Assembly (NCBI GenBank): GCA_013214445.1 | Contig: JABSPG010000006.1 | Location: 1 to 44,331, forward strand | Length of the DNA: 44,331 nt | From: Ekhidna sp. | Lineage (GTDB): Bacteria > Bacteroidota > Bacteroidia > Cytophagales > Cyclobacteriaceae | Direction of reading: 5' to 3' | In this document: piece by piece, positions 6,341-15,901 of the stretch | Layout of the letters: each line of letters starts with the position of its first letter | Numbering within the stretch: the stretch's first letter is position 1 | The notes under the pieces: generated by a model | What the model was told of the DNA's origin: nothing | Database searches by the model: none | Seen by the model: only the letters and a program-made list of their open reading frames with translations | Made by a program: the position numbers and the translations under genes

Positions 6341-6640
6341 ATGAAGGAAGCAAAGAAATGGCAAGAGGAAGAGATTGCCTTACTCATTTACGCGAACATC
6401 GAAGGGCTCCCGTACGTGGAGGAAAAACTAGACCCTTACCTCAAGGTTGTTAACGCCATGTACACATGGGTCAACACACTGGGTCCAGGCAACTACAATG
6501 AGGGTGATGATATGGATTTCATTGAGGAGCTAGCCAAGGACGGTGACTTGCTAATTGCTGGCAACCTGAAGGCTAACCTAAAGCTTGTAGTAAGTAAGGC
6601 AGTCTTTCACGCGGAGAACTCATACGAGCCGAAGGTATAA
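6341..6640 (+). CDS. Hypothetical protein
   Basis: 99-aa ORF with operon packing. Confidence 0.75.
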   Translation: MKEAKKWQEEEIALLIYANIEGLPYVEEKLDPYLKVVNAMYTWVNTLGPGNYNEGDDMDFIEELAKDGDLLIAGNLKANLKLVVSKAVFHAENSYEPKV

Positions 6641-6894
6641 TGGGGTTCATTGAATGGTACACAACAGCTCACTCAGCGAGGGATACTCGTGCGGGTGGGC
6701 TGTTCTTCTTGGTCGGCGCATTGGTCGCTTCAGTTACTGAGCCAACATGGGCTGAGCCCTCAACTGTTCCAGCCTATTGGGGGTTGTCCCTCTTCGCTGG
6801 CTCACTTCTTTTTGGTTACTTCGATTACAAGGTGAAGCTTAGGAAGGGTGTCGTGAACAACGAGGAGCGACTAAGGAAAAAGATGGGGATATGA
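6640..6894 (+). CDS. Membrane protein (2 TM)
   Basis: Two hydrophobic helices, basic tail and a TAATG overlap with the upstream gene. Confidence 0.75.
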   Translation: MGFIEWYTTAHSARDTRAGGLFFLVGALVASVTEPTWAEPSTVPAYWGLSLFAGSLLFGYFDYKVKLRKGVVNNEERLRKKMGI

Positions 6895-7127
6895 AGCCAA
6901 GTAAGAAGAACCCCAGTAACGGCGACAAGGAGAAAGAGATGAAGCCCTCTGATCAAAGGAAGGCTGTCCTTAACACCATTAAAGCGATAGACCGAGAGAT
7001 ACGCTCAATAAAGAACGCCAACCAAGGCAAAAGGGATTACAGTGAGGACAAGCCGTACCTAGACCTTCTTAAAAGGAGGGAGATGTACGCGAAGGAACTC
7101 GAGAGATTGAAAGGACTGAAGGACTAG
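6891..7127 (+). CDS. Basic hypothetical protein
   Basis: 78-aa ORF with an ATGA overlap. Confidence 0.7.
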   Translation: MKPSKKNPSNGDKEKEMKPSDQRKAVLNTIKAIDREIRSIKNANQGKRDYSEDKPYLDLLKRREMYAKELERLKGLKD

Positions 7128-7558
7128 AAGTGTATGTTCTGAACTGAGTTGATGATCTCCTCAGCCTTGCGCCTACCCTTGAGTGTTAGCTTATACCTCG
7201 CCTTGGCCTTAGGGTGGTTCCTGAAGAGACCAGCCTTATCACCCTTACCTTTCTTATAGGCGTAACCAATCCTCATGATGTGTCCTTGCTTGTTCATCGC
7301 CTTGAAGTACCTCTTGGTTGTGTCCTGACTCCAACCATGTGTCTTGGTTAGGTAGTCCCTGGTGAAGAACTCAAACTGGCTGGCCCATATCAGAACGAAC
7401 AGGTAGTTACCACCGAACTGGCTGTCCTTCTTCTTCTCCTCATAGAGCACCTTTAGTAGCGAGTATGGTGCCCCATCAATTAGTTTTTTCTTATCTTGCA
7501 GTAAGAAACCACGTATGAACTTCTCACCGTAGTTCTCTGATTGGTCTTTAAATCTCAA
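7124..7558 (-). CDS. Winged-helix (MarR-like) DNA-binding protein
   Basis: HTH-like segment followed by the wing motif RYKLTLKGRRKAE. It is the only long ORF filling this gap. The TTG start is uncertain. Confidence 0.6.
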   Translation of the reverse strand: MRFKDQSENYGEKFIRGFLLQDKKKLIDGAPYSLLKVLYEEKKKDSQFGGNYLFVLIWASQFEFFTRDYLTKTHGWSQDTTKRYFKAMNKQGHIMRIGYAYKKGKGDKAGLFRNHPKAKARYKLTLKGRRKAEEIINSVQNIHF

Positions 7559-7573
7559 ATCTAATCTATTAGT

Positions 7574-7891
7574 ATGTTCTCGGATAAAGATAAGGAATTT
7601 ATGGATAAGCTTTCTGAGATTATTGACATGTTTGAGTACCTACTGGATGACTACGACATGCGCGATAACATAGTAGGGGGGGTCATAGCAAAGGTCTACC
7701 CATCAATTGAGGAAGAGGACTTCGACCCAGATAGGATGATCGACGTACAGACCTTCTTCAGTTTTGCTTTCCGTAACGAACTAGAGATCCACCAGCTGAG
7801 CGACGAGATAGAGGAGCTGTTTATTAGGGAGAGGGAGAGGATGCTAGGGCATGGTGACCTGTTCGACGAGTTTGGTTTCGGTAAAAACTAG
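7574..7891 (+). CDS. Acidic hypothetical protein
   Basis: 105-aa ORF. Confidence 0.8.
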   Translation: MFSDKDKEFMDKLSEIIDMFEYLLDDYDMRDNIVGGVIAKVYPSIEEEDFDPDRMIDVQTFFSFAFRNELEIHQLSDEIEELFIRERERMLGHGDLFDEFGFGKN

Positions 7892-7897
7892 AATACA

Positions 7898-8143
7898 ATG
7901 GAAGGATTAATAAGGAAGATAACCATCGGGGATAACCCGAAGGACGCTATGGCGTATGTGGTTGGCAACAACGTGGGGGCCGACTACCTGATTGACTCCA
8001 TCCTCTTCGAGGAGGAGCTACTTAGATCACACAATATATCAAGGTACAACATCTACGTTAAGGAGAAACGAAACGGTGGTTATAAGCTATGGAAGACCGT
8101 TGAGGGTGTCCCTACGGTGATAGAGTACGACCTAGATTTCTAA
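7898..8143 (+). CDS. Conserved hypothetical protein upstream of GroES
   Basis: Motif LIRKITIG.NPKDAMAY.VG ... LWK ... P.VIEYDLDF, recalled as recurrent in this phage group. Confidence 0.75.
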   Translation: MEGLIRKITIGDNPKDAMAYVVGNNVGADYLIDSILFEEELLRSHNISRYNIYVKEKRNGGYKLWKTVEGVPTVIEYDLDF

Positions 8144-8146
8144 CAC

Positions 8147-8767
8147 ATGCAACCACTAAGACACTTCATTGTTAGGTTAGACAAGGCCATCAATGACACC
8201 ATCACGACCGAGGATGGTACGGAGCTGTTCATCGATAACCGATGGAACGAGTTCGAGCACAGGGTAATGGAGGGCGAGGTGATACAGGTGCCAGCCAAGT
8301 ACGACACAGGGGTTCAGGTTGGCGACACCCTTTACTTCCACCACTTAGTTGTCATGAATATGGCCGTTGGGGACGGGCAAAGGATAGAAGGGACGGAGGA
8401 CCAGTTCCTGGTGAAGTACGACCCAATCGTTGTTGTGGGGAACCAATCAATTGCTTACATGGATACCTTTGGCGACGTGCACCCCCTGAAGGGCTGGACG
8501 CTCGTAGAACCAATGGAGGGGAGTGATGACGCTATGCCTAAGACATTCCTGCACGTGCCAGACACGTACAAGGCAAGGGTGAAGGACCAGCCAGTGAGGG
8601 GACGCATAGCCTTCATTAATGATGAGGCCAAGGCAATGGGGCTTGACAAGGGTGACGTCGTTCGGTTCAGGAAAGGTATTGATTACTCGATAAAGGTTGA
8701 GGGGAAGACCTACTGGAGGATCCCACTTAACGAGCTGATCGCAACACAGGTGGAGCATGCCGACTAA
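8147..8767 (+). CDS. groES: GroES/Cpn10-like co-chaperonin with tandem domains
   Basis: First unit MQPLRHFIV...GEVIQVP...VQVGDTLYF and second unit HPLKGWTLVEP...GRIAF...LDKGDVVRF...VEGKTYWRI...LIA. Both follow the GroES pattern. Confidence 0.7.
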   Translation: MQPLRHFIVRLDKAINDTITTEDGTELFIDNRWNEFEHRVMEGEVIQVPAKYDTGVQVGDTLYFHHLVVMNMAVGDGQRIEGTEDQFLVKYDPIVVVGNQSIAYMDTFGDVHPLKGWTLVEPMEGSDDAMPKTFLHVPDTYKARVKDQPVRGRIAFINDEAKAMGLDKGDVVRFRKGIDYSIKVEGKTYWRIPLNELIATQVEHAD

Positions 8768-9062
8768 GAAGAAAACATTGTTCACCACTGTTGACGCATG
8801 TAGGAGACTACAGGTGTCTCTACAGAGTGCCATAAACAACATGATAGAGGAGCTATCTACTCCCCCAGACTCAGATGCATCTGGCTCATCAAGGAAGGCG
8901 GAGCTCCAGTCGATAACAATAACGGCAACCGACGCCGTGAAGCTAATAAAACAATACGACGACCTGTCAAAGATGATCAAGAGCTTAGAGGAGGATGGCG
9001 AGCTGCCTGACGACACGAGCTCCTTTAGTGATGGGTTCGCCGAAGAATTTTCAAATAAATGA
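8757..9062 (+). CDS. Putative terminase small subunit
   Basis: Small helical protein shortly upstream of TerL ending in GFAEEFS. Assignment is mainly positional. Confidence 0.45.
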   Translation: MPTKKKTLFTTVDACRRLQVSLQSAINNMIEELSTPPDSDASGSSRKAELQSITITATDAVKLIKQYDDLSKMIKSLEEDGELPDDTSSFSDGFAEEFSNK

Positions 9063-9247
9063 GTGGATTAGACGTAGTAACTACTTACGACGAGGCATAC
9101 AAGCAAGGCTTCGAGGATGGTCAGTTCAGCGGTAGGGCTGACATGATCTCAGAGATAAAGAACGAGTGCAGCAAGATGCTAGAGAATAAAGACAACGGGG
9201 AGTCATTCGTGCTTGATCTTTATAACTTCTTGACCAACCTAAGGTAA
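9059..9247 (+). CDS. Hypothetical protein
   Basis: 62-aa ORF with an ATGA overlap. Confidence 0.7.
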   Translation: MSGLDVVTTYDEAYKQGFEDGQFSGRADMISEIKNECSKMLENKDNGESFVLDLYNFLTNLR

Positions 9248-9252
9248 CACGG

Positions 9253-11379
9253 GTGGAATACCTGATCGACCATAAGGACTACGATGAGAAGGTCGTTGTA
9301 CTCCACCCTGATCTAGGGAGGGGGGATATAGAGGTCATTGGTGACGTACCAATCATGATCCCTAAGAAGCCGCCTCGATCAAAGATACTGTTCCACAATA
9401 AGAAGAAGAGGGAGCAACGATGGTCCAGGCTTGAGTTCCCTGAGGCGGTACTTAAGCTAGGTAGTCAGGACGCCTGGGATGAACAACCCAAGGCCTTTAA
9501 GGATCGTTATGTACAGTACATAAGGGAGGAGTTCAGACGAAGGAAGGAGGGTGTTTGGTTCTACAATAACGGGGTGCCAACCTATATAACTGGTGGACAC
9601 TACATGCTACTCCAGTGGGGTAAGGTGGATGGGCCAACACCACAGTACCTTAGGTACCAGAGGGAGCTGCAGATACACTGGCTTGCCTGCGTGAGGGACG
9701 AGAGGTGCTATGGGCAGAACTATGCTAAGTGCAGGAGGTCAGGGTTCACGGTGCTCTCATCCTCGGACATGCTAGATGACGCAACCTCTGTTAGGGATAT
9801 GCTCTGCGGTATACAATCAAAGACAGGTAACGACGCACAGAAGAACGTGTTCATGAAGAAGGTCATCCCTATATTCAGGGGGTGGCCATGGTTCTTCAAA
9901 CCTATACAGGATGGTACCACCAACCCAAGGGTCGAGCTAGCATTCAGGGAGCCAGCGACTAAGATCACCAAGAACAACAAGGTGTCAACGGTGGACAGCG
10001 GTCTTAACACGGTGATCGACTGGAGGAACACAACCAATAACGCGTACGATGGTGACTTCCTTTACAGGTTCTTCATTGATGAGGCTGGTAAGTGGATAAA
10101 GCCGAACGATATTAATGAGGCATGGCTGATCCAAAGGACCTGCCTCGAGAGGGGTGTCGAGATCGTTGGTAAGGCACGCATGGGATCAACGGTCAACCCT
10201 ATGGACCAGGGTGGGAAGGAGTACAAGAAGATATGGTACAACTCTGACCCAAAGAAAAGGAACGCCAACGGAAGGACGGTTAGTGGACTGTACAAGCTAT
10301 TCATGCCTGCCTACGAATCACTCCAAGGTTTCTTTGATGTGTATGGGAACCCTATTGTTGAGGACCCAGAGAAGCCCGTGCTATGTATAGATGGGAAGAC
10401 AAGGACTATTGGCGCCAAGACACACCTCATGAACGAGAGGAAGTCACTCGAGCACGACCCAGCGGAGCTGAACGAGAAGATACGCCAGTTTCCATTCGAG
10501 GAGGACGAGGCCTTCAGGGACTCAATCGAGGGCAGCATGTTCAACGTGGGTAAGATCTATGAGCAGATAAACTATAACCGAGAGCTATTCCCTAGCCCTG
10601 TGATCCAAGGTAACTTCATATGGAAGGAGAAGGACAAGGAGGTTATCTGGTCCCCAGACCCTAACGGTAGGTTCAGGATCTGCTGGCTACCACCAGCCCA
10701 CATGACTAACCAATTATCTAGGAACAGGCAAGGGAAGAGGGTGGCGCCTAACGGGCACATTGGTGTTGGTGGCGTCGATAGCTACGACATCGATGCTACC
10801 GTAGACAACAGGGGGTCTAAAGGGACGTTGCACCTCTACAAGAAGTTCTCCATGGATGGGGTCTCAAACATGTTCATCCTTGAGTACGCCGCCAGGCCAC
10901 CATTAGCCAAGATATTCTATGAGGACGTTCTTATGGCTGCCTTCTACTATGGGTTCCCGCTACTGATTGAGAACAATAAGTATGGTATCGCCAGGCACTT
11001 CGAGGAGAGGGGATACGATGGCTACCTCATGGAGAGGCCTAAGTTCTTGGAAGCGAAGCACGCCAGGAAGACAACACGCACCAAAGGAATACCGTCCAAC
11101 TCTCAGGACGTGATCACCGCCCACGCCCATGCTATCGAGGCATACATACACCACCACGTTGGTAGGGACGTAGAGACCGATGAGGTGGGGAGCATGTACT
11201 TCGACAGGACGTTAGAGGACTGGATTGGGTTCAAGATAGACAAGCGAACGAAGTTTGACCTTAGTATATCCTCTGGCCTCGCGTTACTTGCAGCACAGGA
11301 CCAAACCAAGGTTCGGGACGACTCAAAACTGAAGGGAGCTAAGTTCCTAAGGAGGCACAAGCCTATACGTCGGATATAG
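9253..11379 (+). CDS. terL: Terminase large subunit
   Basis: Walker A-like AKCRRSGFT, Walker B FFIDEAGKW, coupling motif GST, and nuclease domain GVDSYD ... LIENNK ... KFDLSISSGLAL. Confidence 0.93.
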   Translation: MEYLIDHKDYDEKVVVLHPDLGRGDIEVIGDVPIMIPKKPPRSKILFHNKKKREQRWSRLEFPEAVLKLGSQDAWDEQPKAFKDRYVQYIREEFRRRKEGVWFYNNGVPTYITGGHYMLLQWGKVDGPTPQYLRYQRELQIHWLACVRDERCYGQNYAKCRRSGFTVLSSSDMLDDATSVRDMLCGIQSKTGNDAQKNVFMKKVIPIFRGWPWFFKPIQDGTTNPRVELAFREPATKITKNNKVSTVDSGLNTVIDWRNTTNNAYDGDFLYRFFIDEAGKWIKPNDINEAWLIQRTCLERGVEIVGKARMGSTVNPMDQGGKEYKKIWYNSDPKKRNANGRTVSGLYKLFMPAYESLQGFFDVYGNPIVEDPEKPVLCIDGKTRTIGAKTHLMNERKSLEHDPAELNEKIRQFPFEEDEAFRDSIEGSMFNVGKIYEQINYNRELFPSPVIQGNFIWKEKDKEVIWSPDPNGRFRICWLPPAHMTNQLSRNRQGKRVAPNGHIGVGGVDSYDIDATVDNRGSKGTLHLYKKFSMDGVSNMFILEYAARPPLAKIFYEDVLMAAFYYGFPLLIENNKYGIARHFEERGYDGYLMERPKFLEAKHARKTTRTKGIPSNSQDVITAHAHAIEAYIHHHVGRDVETDEVGSMYFDRTLEDWIGFKIDKRTKFDLSISSGLALLAAQDQTKVRDDSKLKGAKFLRRHKPIRRI

Positions 11380-11398
11380 TATGTGTACCTACAATTCG

Positions 11399-11406
11399 TA
11401 TATTTG
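11399..11406 (+). promoter_or_regulatory. TAnnTTTG -7 promoter element upstream of portal
   Basis: TATATTTG in the terL-portal gap. Confidence 0.55.
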
Positions 11407-11428
11407 CAACTAGTGCGATACAGTACAT

Positions 11429-13912
11429 ATGAGTAATCCAAAGAAAAAGAAGTTATCCTATGCGTCGAACTTCCCAGACCCGCTAGCGACACCAGACGTA
11501 AAATCTGATAAGGGTTACGGGCTTTTGTTCGCTAAGGCAATTGAGAACCAGTGGGGAAGGGTTGATGACGAGAACTCCTTGTACCGAAGGAGGCTAAGGA
11601 AGTTTGATAACTGTAGGGACTACGCGAACGGAACACAGGACACTACGATCTACAGGAACCTGTTGACCTCCCTGAACCCTAACGACGGGGATGGATCACT
11701 CCTAAACCTTGACTACACCCCAGTTCCGATCCTACCTAAGTTCGTTCGTATCGCAGCCAAGAGGATTATTGACCGCAACCCTTACCCCAACCTTGAGGCG
11801 GTGGACCCATTATCTAAGTCAGCGAAGGACAAGGAGAAGCGGAGACTATTGAACCAGACTGCGCTCAAGAAAGAGCTGCTTGCACTGAAGGATATGACAG
11901 GGGGCATGGAGCTAGGGTTGAGCCCTGAGAACCTGCCAGACTCTGAGGAGGAGGCTGAGATACTCTTCGAGGCCAATGCCAAGACAGGTGCAGAGATTGC
12001 TGGGCAGATAGGGACGAACCTTACCTTAGAGTGGAACGACTTCAACGATAGCATTTTCCCAAGGCTTGTTGACTCAGTCCTTTCTGACGGGATGCTGGTC
12101 GGTAAGAGATTCAACGACCCTACTTACGGGATCAGGATAAAGCACATTGACCCAGCCAGCTTCATACATTCCTTCACGGAGGATAAGTACATGAAGGACC
12201 TGAGGTATGCTGGCCATATAGAGCAGGTATCCATCGCCGAGTTAAAGAGGTTGGCCAAGGACCAGTTCACGGAGGAACAGTACAGGAAGATCGCCACACG
12301 AATGGCATCTAGGTACAACTACGACCAAGATAAGATTAACCAAGTAAGCCAGGACCTAAGGACTGGCATGAAATCACACGGGTACGACGAGTTCATGGTG
12401 GACGTCCTCCACTTTGAGTTCCTAACGGTTGACCCTTGTTTCTATGAGGAGAAGTCAAACAAGCACGGGAACAAGAGGTTCCATTACGAAGGTAGCTCAT
12501 ACAAGGAGAAACCAAATAGCATCTACGAGCGTAAGCCTGTACGATTGGATCTGGAGACGCTGTACGGGGGTTGCTACATACTTGGTACAGACCATATCTT
12601 TGATTATGGGCCAGTAAGCAACATACCGAAGAACATCCATAACGTGTCTAAGGCGAGGCTTTCTTACACGGCTAAGGCGGTGAACATGAGGAAGATGATG
12701 CCTAAGTCAATGACGGATGGGTGCATCGGTTTCGCGGACATGCTACAGATGACCCACCTCAAGATACAACAGTCTGTCGCTAAGGCCAAGCCAGATGGGC
12801 TCATGATCGATGTGAACGCACTCACGGATGTTACCCTTGGTGATGGCGGTGAGTTACAGCCACTTGACCTACACGACATCTATGAGAAGACAGGGGTTAT
12901 CTACTACAACAGCAAGGACGCTGAGGGTGAGCACAATGGGCCACCAGTGAGGGCGATCGATAATCACATAAGGAACATAAATGAACTGATCGCACTGTAC
13001 AACCAGTACCTAAGGATGATCAGGGACACGACAGGGCTCAATGAGGTGATGGATGGATCCAGCCCACAGGGTGAGCAGCTGGTTGGTGTCCGTGAGCAAG
13101 CGATGCAGGCTGGCAACAATGCCCTTTACGATGCCGTGGACGCAGCTATGACCTTCTACAAGGATATGTGTGAGGACGTGGTTAAGTGCATACAGATACT
13201 ACCTCAGGACAGCGTTGTGTTCCAGATGTACGAGAACGCAATAGGTAAGACAAACATGGATACCCTGTCTTCATTCAGGGACCTACCTATGTATAACTTT
13301 GGTGTGCGTGTCGTGAAGGAAATGGAGACGGTTGACAAGCAGTACCTTGAGCAGAACATACAAGTATCTATAGCAAACAGGGAGCTCGATATAGAGGACG
13401 CGATAGCTATTAGGAAACTCAAGGACGTTAACCAAGCAGAGAGACTCCTTATTGTAAGGAGGAAGCAAAGGATCAAGAGGCAACAGGAGATTGCCGCTGA
13501 GAACTCGAGGGTACAGGCAGAGGTTGCGGCACAAGCAACGGAGGCTAAGGTGCAAGGGGACCTTCAATTGATTAAAGCCAAGACGTTATCTGAGATAGAA
13601 CTGGAAAAGTTCAAGGCGCAGGTAGAGATTGAAAAGGCTAAGGTTAAGCACGAGATGAACCTTGAGATCGAGAAGATACGGATGATGAGCTTCATGGGTT
13701 CTAAGCATGAGGACCAGGAGTTCAAGAAGAACCTTGAGGTCGCTAAGGACGAGGCAAAGGACGCGAGGCAAGAGCGTGAGGCTGAGTTGCAGGTCGAGGT
13801 GAATAAGGCAAAGAACAAAGAGGAAAATACGATCGACACGGGCAATTCCTCTTCAGACCCTATAATGAAGTACTTAAACAAGAAACAACAATCAAAGGAT
13901 GGCGGGGAGTAA
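11429..13912 (+). CDS. Portal protein
   Basis: 827 aa directly after TerL. Contains crAss-like portal motifs (RDYANGTQ, LNLDYTPVPILPKFV, IRDTTGLNE..DGS) and a C-terminal coiled-coil barrel. Confidence 0.88.
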   Translation: MSNPKKKKLSYASNFPDPLATPDVKSDKGYGLLFAKAIENQWGRVDDENSLYRRRLRKFDNCRDYANGTQDTTIYRNLLTSLNPNDGDGSLLNLDYTPVPILPKFVRIAAKRIIDRNPYPNLEAVDPLSKSAKDKEKRRLLNQTALKKELLALKDMTGGMELGLSPENLPDSEEEAEILFEANAKTGAEIAGQIGTNLTLEWNDFNDSIFPRLVDSVLSDGMLVGKRFNDPTYGIRIKHIDPASFIHSFTEDKYMKDLRYAGHIEQVSIAELKRLAKDQFTEEQYRKIATRMASRYNYDQDKINQVSQDLRTGMKSHGYDEFMVDVLHFEFLTVDPCFYEEKSNKHGNKRFHYEGSSYKEKPNSIYERKPVRLDLETLYGGCYILGTDHIFDYGPVSNIPKNIHNVSKARLSYTAKAVNMRKMMPKSMTDGCIGFADMLQMTHLKIQQSVAKAKPDGLMIDVNALTDVTLGDGGELQPLDLHDIYEKTGVIYYNSKDAEGEHNGPPVRAIDNHIRNINELIALYNQYLRMIRDTTGLNEVMDGSSPQGEQLVGVREQAMQAGNNALYDAVDAAMTFYKDMCEDVVKCIQILPQDSVVFQMYENAIGKTNMDTLSSFRDLPMYNFGVRVVKEMETVDKQYLEQNIQVSIANRELDIEDAIAIRKLKDVNQAERLLIVRRKQRIKRQQEIAAENSRVQAEVAAQATEAKVQGDLQLIKAKTLSEIELEKFKAQVEIEKAKVKHEMNLEIEKIRMMSFMGSKHEDQEFKKNLEVAKDEAKDARQEREAELQVEVNKAKNKEENTIDTGNSSSDPIMKYLNKKQQSKDGGE

Positions 13913-14315
13913 TAAGGTATCAACCGACATAGCATCAAAGGTTGACGTAACATGTAGGAAAGGGGACACCTTTGAGATCACCCTGACCTTCACTGATTCC
14001 TCTGGGACGGCCATACCCCTTGTAACCAATGGGTACCAGTTCCTAGCTCAGGTACGAAGAAGGAGATCTCAGTCAGGAATCAATGGCCTTGTATTGGGTA
14101 CATCGAACCTTGGTGTTCAGCCAGACAACCTATTTGAGGAGTTCAGTATTGATGACAATGGTTCCGCAGTATGGTCTGCCACGGCCGCTACAATGAGGGC
14201 TGTCCCTGCTGGGAGGTTTGTTTATGATATTCAACACATCGTCGATGGTGTGCACACCACGGTACTTCGTGGTACCTTCACCGTGAATGACGATATAGCG
14301 GAGGCAACAGTGTAA
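13899..14315 (+). CDS. Ig-like tail-fibre attachment/structural protein (BppU-N-like)
   Basis: Motifs RKGDTF...LTFTD and FVYDIQ...TVLRGTFTV..DI, located just before the tail fibre. Confidence 0.6.
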   Translation: MAGSNKVSTDIASKVDVTCRKGDTFEITLTFTDSSGTAIPLVTNGYQFLAQVRRRRSQSGINGLVLGTSNLGVQPDNLFEEFSIDDNGSAVWSATAATMRAVPAGRFVYDIQHIVDGVHTTVLRGTFTVNDDIAEATV

Positions 14316-15901
14316 TGGCAGTAACAATAACAGTAGAGAACGGAGGGACAATATCTATACCTCAACAATCACCAGCAACAATAGCTATCGCTGCTTCTGG
14401 CTCTGTAGGACCTACAGGCCCTACTGGACCTGCTGGAGAGGCTGGGCCTCAAGGACCTGCTGGGCCTCAAGGACCTGCTGGTAATGATGGGTCTGATGGT
14501 GAGGGCGTACCTATCTCAGGCTCTCAGTACCAAGTGCTATCAAAGAACTCTGGTGATGACAATGATACTGACTGGACTTATCCAGAGGCATTAATGATGC
14601 TGGTTAGGAACGGTACTGGGTCAACCATATCAGCAATGTCTGTTGTATACACAAACGGATTTTCCTCTGGGTTTCCTTCTGTGGCGCTAGCTGATAATGG
14701 GTCAGCGAGTAAGATGCCAGCCTCGTACATAGTGATGGAGGATATACCTAATGGATCATCTGGGTTAGCCTGTATGTATGGTAAGATCGTAAACGTAAAC
14801 ACCTCCTCTTTTTCGAATGGTGATACCCTTTACGTGGGTACATCTGGGGCTGTTACATCCACTGAACCAACTGGGTCCGAAATAAAGCAGTCAGTAGGTA
14901 GGGTTTTAAACTCTAACGCCTCTGGCACCATACTTGTTAACTGCCTTAATCAATTCAATAATAGTGGGGCTGGTTTGTCTAATATCGTCGAGGATGCTAC
15001 ACCTCAGCTAGGTGGTGAATTAGACCTAAATAGCAACGACATATCTGGTACTGGGAATATATCAATAAACACAACAAGTGTTGACACGCCTTCAATACTA
15101 ATAACCAGTACTGAGGACAGTAGCACTGCCTCACCTATATTTGAAATGAAGAGGAACAGTGGGTCACCAGATGATGGTGATTACTTGGGCCAGATAAAAT
15201 TCAAAGGGGAGAACGATGCTGATCAGTCCGTACTTTACGCTAAGATAACAGCAAAGACTTCTGATGTCACTGATGAATCAGAGGATGGGCTTATGGAGTT
15301 TTCACTCAAGAGGGATGGGTCAAACGTTATATGTTATAGGTTCACACATGACTCTCTAAAGATTGTGAACGACTGCGGTATAGAGGTTGATGCAAACATA
15401 ACCCTTTCTTCTTCTACCTCTATAATAACATCCAAGTCAAACAATGATGTTAAGGTATCACCCCATGGTACTGGTGACATTGTTTTAGAGAACTTCAAGT
15501 TTGATGCGAGTCAAACCGTAGGGTCTGATGATGATGGCCATGCCTTCATATATGACCACTCGACTGGTAAGATACGATTAACTAGCACAGGGCAGTTTAA
15601 GGTTAATGAGCAGTCGGGAACATCGTACACCACTGTTATTACGGACATGGGGAAGGTGATTGATACAACTGGTAGTTCGGCTATATCTATAACCATACCC
15701 CCTAATTCATCTGTTGCCTACCCAGTAGGAACCGTCATCTCATTCTCTCAGTTAGGTTCTGGACAAATAACTATAGTGGCGGGTACTGGTGTAACAGTAA
15801 ATGGGGCGAACGGCCTTAAGAGTGCCAGCCAGTACTCTATGTTTAGTTGTAGGAAAACTGGTACTGATTCATGGGTTGTTTATGGTGATACTACTTCTTA
15901 A
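14315..15901 (+). CDS. Tail fibre protein with a collagen-like segment
   Basis: G-X-Y run GPTGPTGPAGEAGPQGPAGPQGPAGNDGSDGEG, the motif DATPQLGGELDLN, and a typical C-terminal fibre domain (ITIPPNSSVAYPVGT...WVVYGD). Confidence 0.8.
   Translation: MAVTITVENGGTISIPQQSPATIAIAASGSVGPTGPTGPAGEAGPQGPAGPQGPAGNDGSDGEGVPISGSQYQVLSKNSGDDNDTDWTYPEALMMLVRNGTGSTISAMSVVYTNGFSSGFPSVALADNGSASKMPASYIVMEDIPNGSSGLACMYGKIVNVNTSSFSNGDTLYVGTSGAVTSTEPTGSEIKQSVGRVLNSNASGTILVNCLNQFNNSGAGLSNIVEDATPQLGGELDLNSNDISGTGNISINTTSVDTPSILITSTEDSSTASPIFEMKRNSGSPDDGDYLGQIKFKGENDADQSVLYAKITAKTSDVTDESEDGLMEFSLKRDGSNVICYRFTHDSLKIVNDCGIEVDANITLSSSTSIITSKSNNDVKVSPHGTGDIVLENFKFDASQTVGSDDDGHAFIYDHSTGKIRLTSTGQFKVNEQSGTSYTTVITDMGKVIDTTGSSAISITIPPNSSVAYPVGTVISFSQLGSGQITIVAGTGVTVNGANGLKSASQYSMFSCRKTGTDSWVVYGDTTS
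14441..14481 (+). repeat. 18-bp tandem repeat GCTGGGCCTCAAGGACCT (about 2.3 copies) in the collagen segment
   Basis: Exact copies at 14441-14458 and 14459-14476. Confidence 0.85.
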
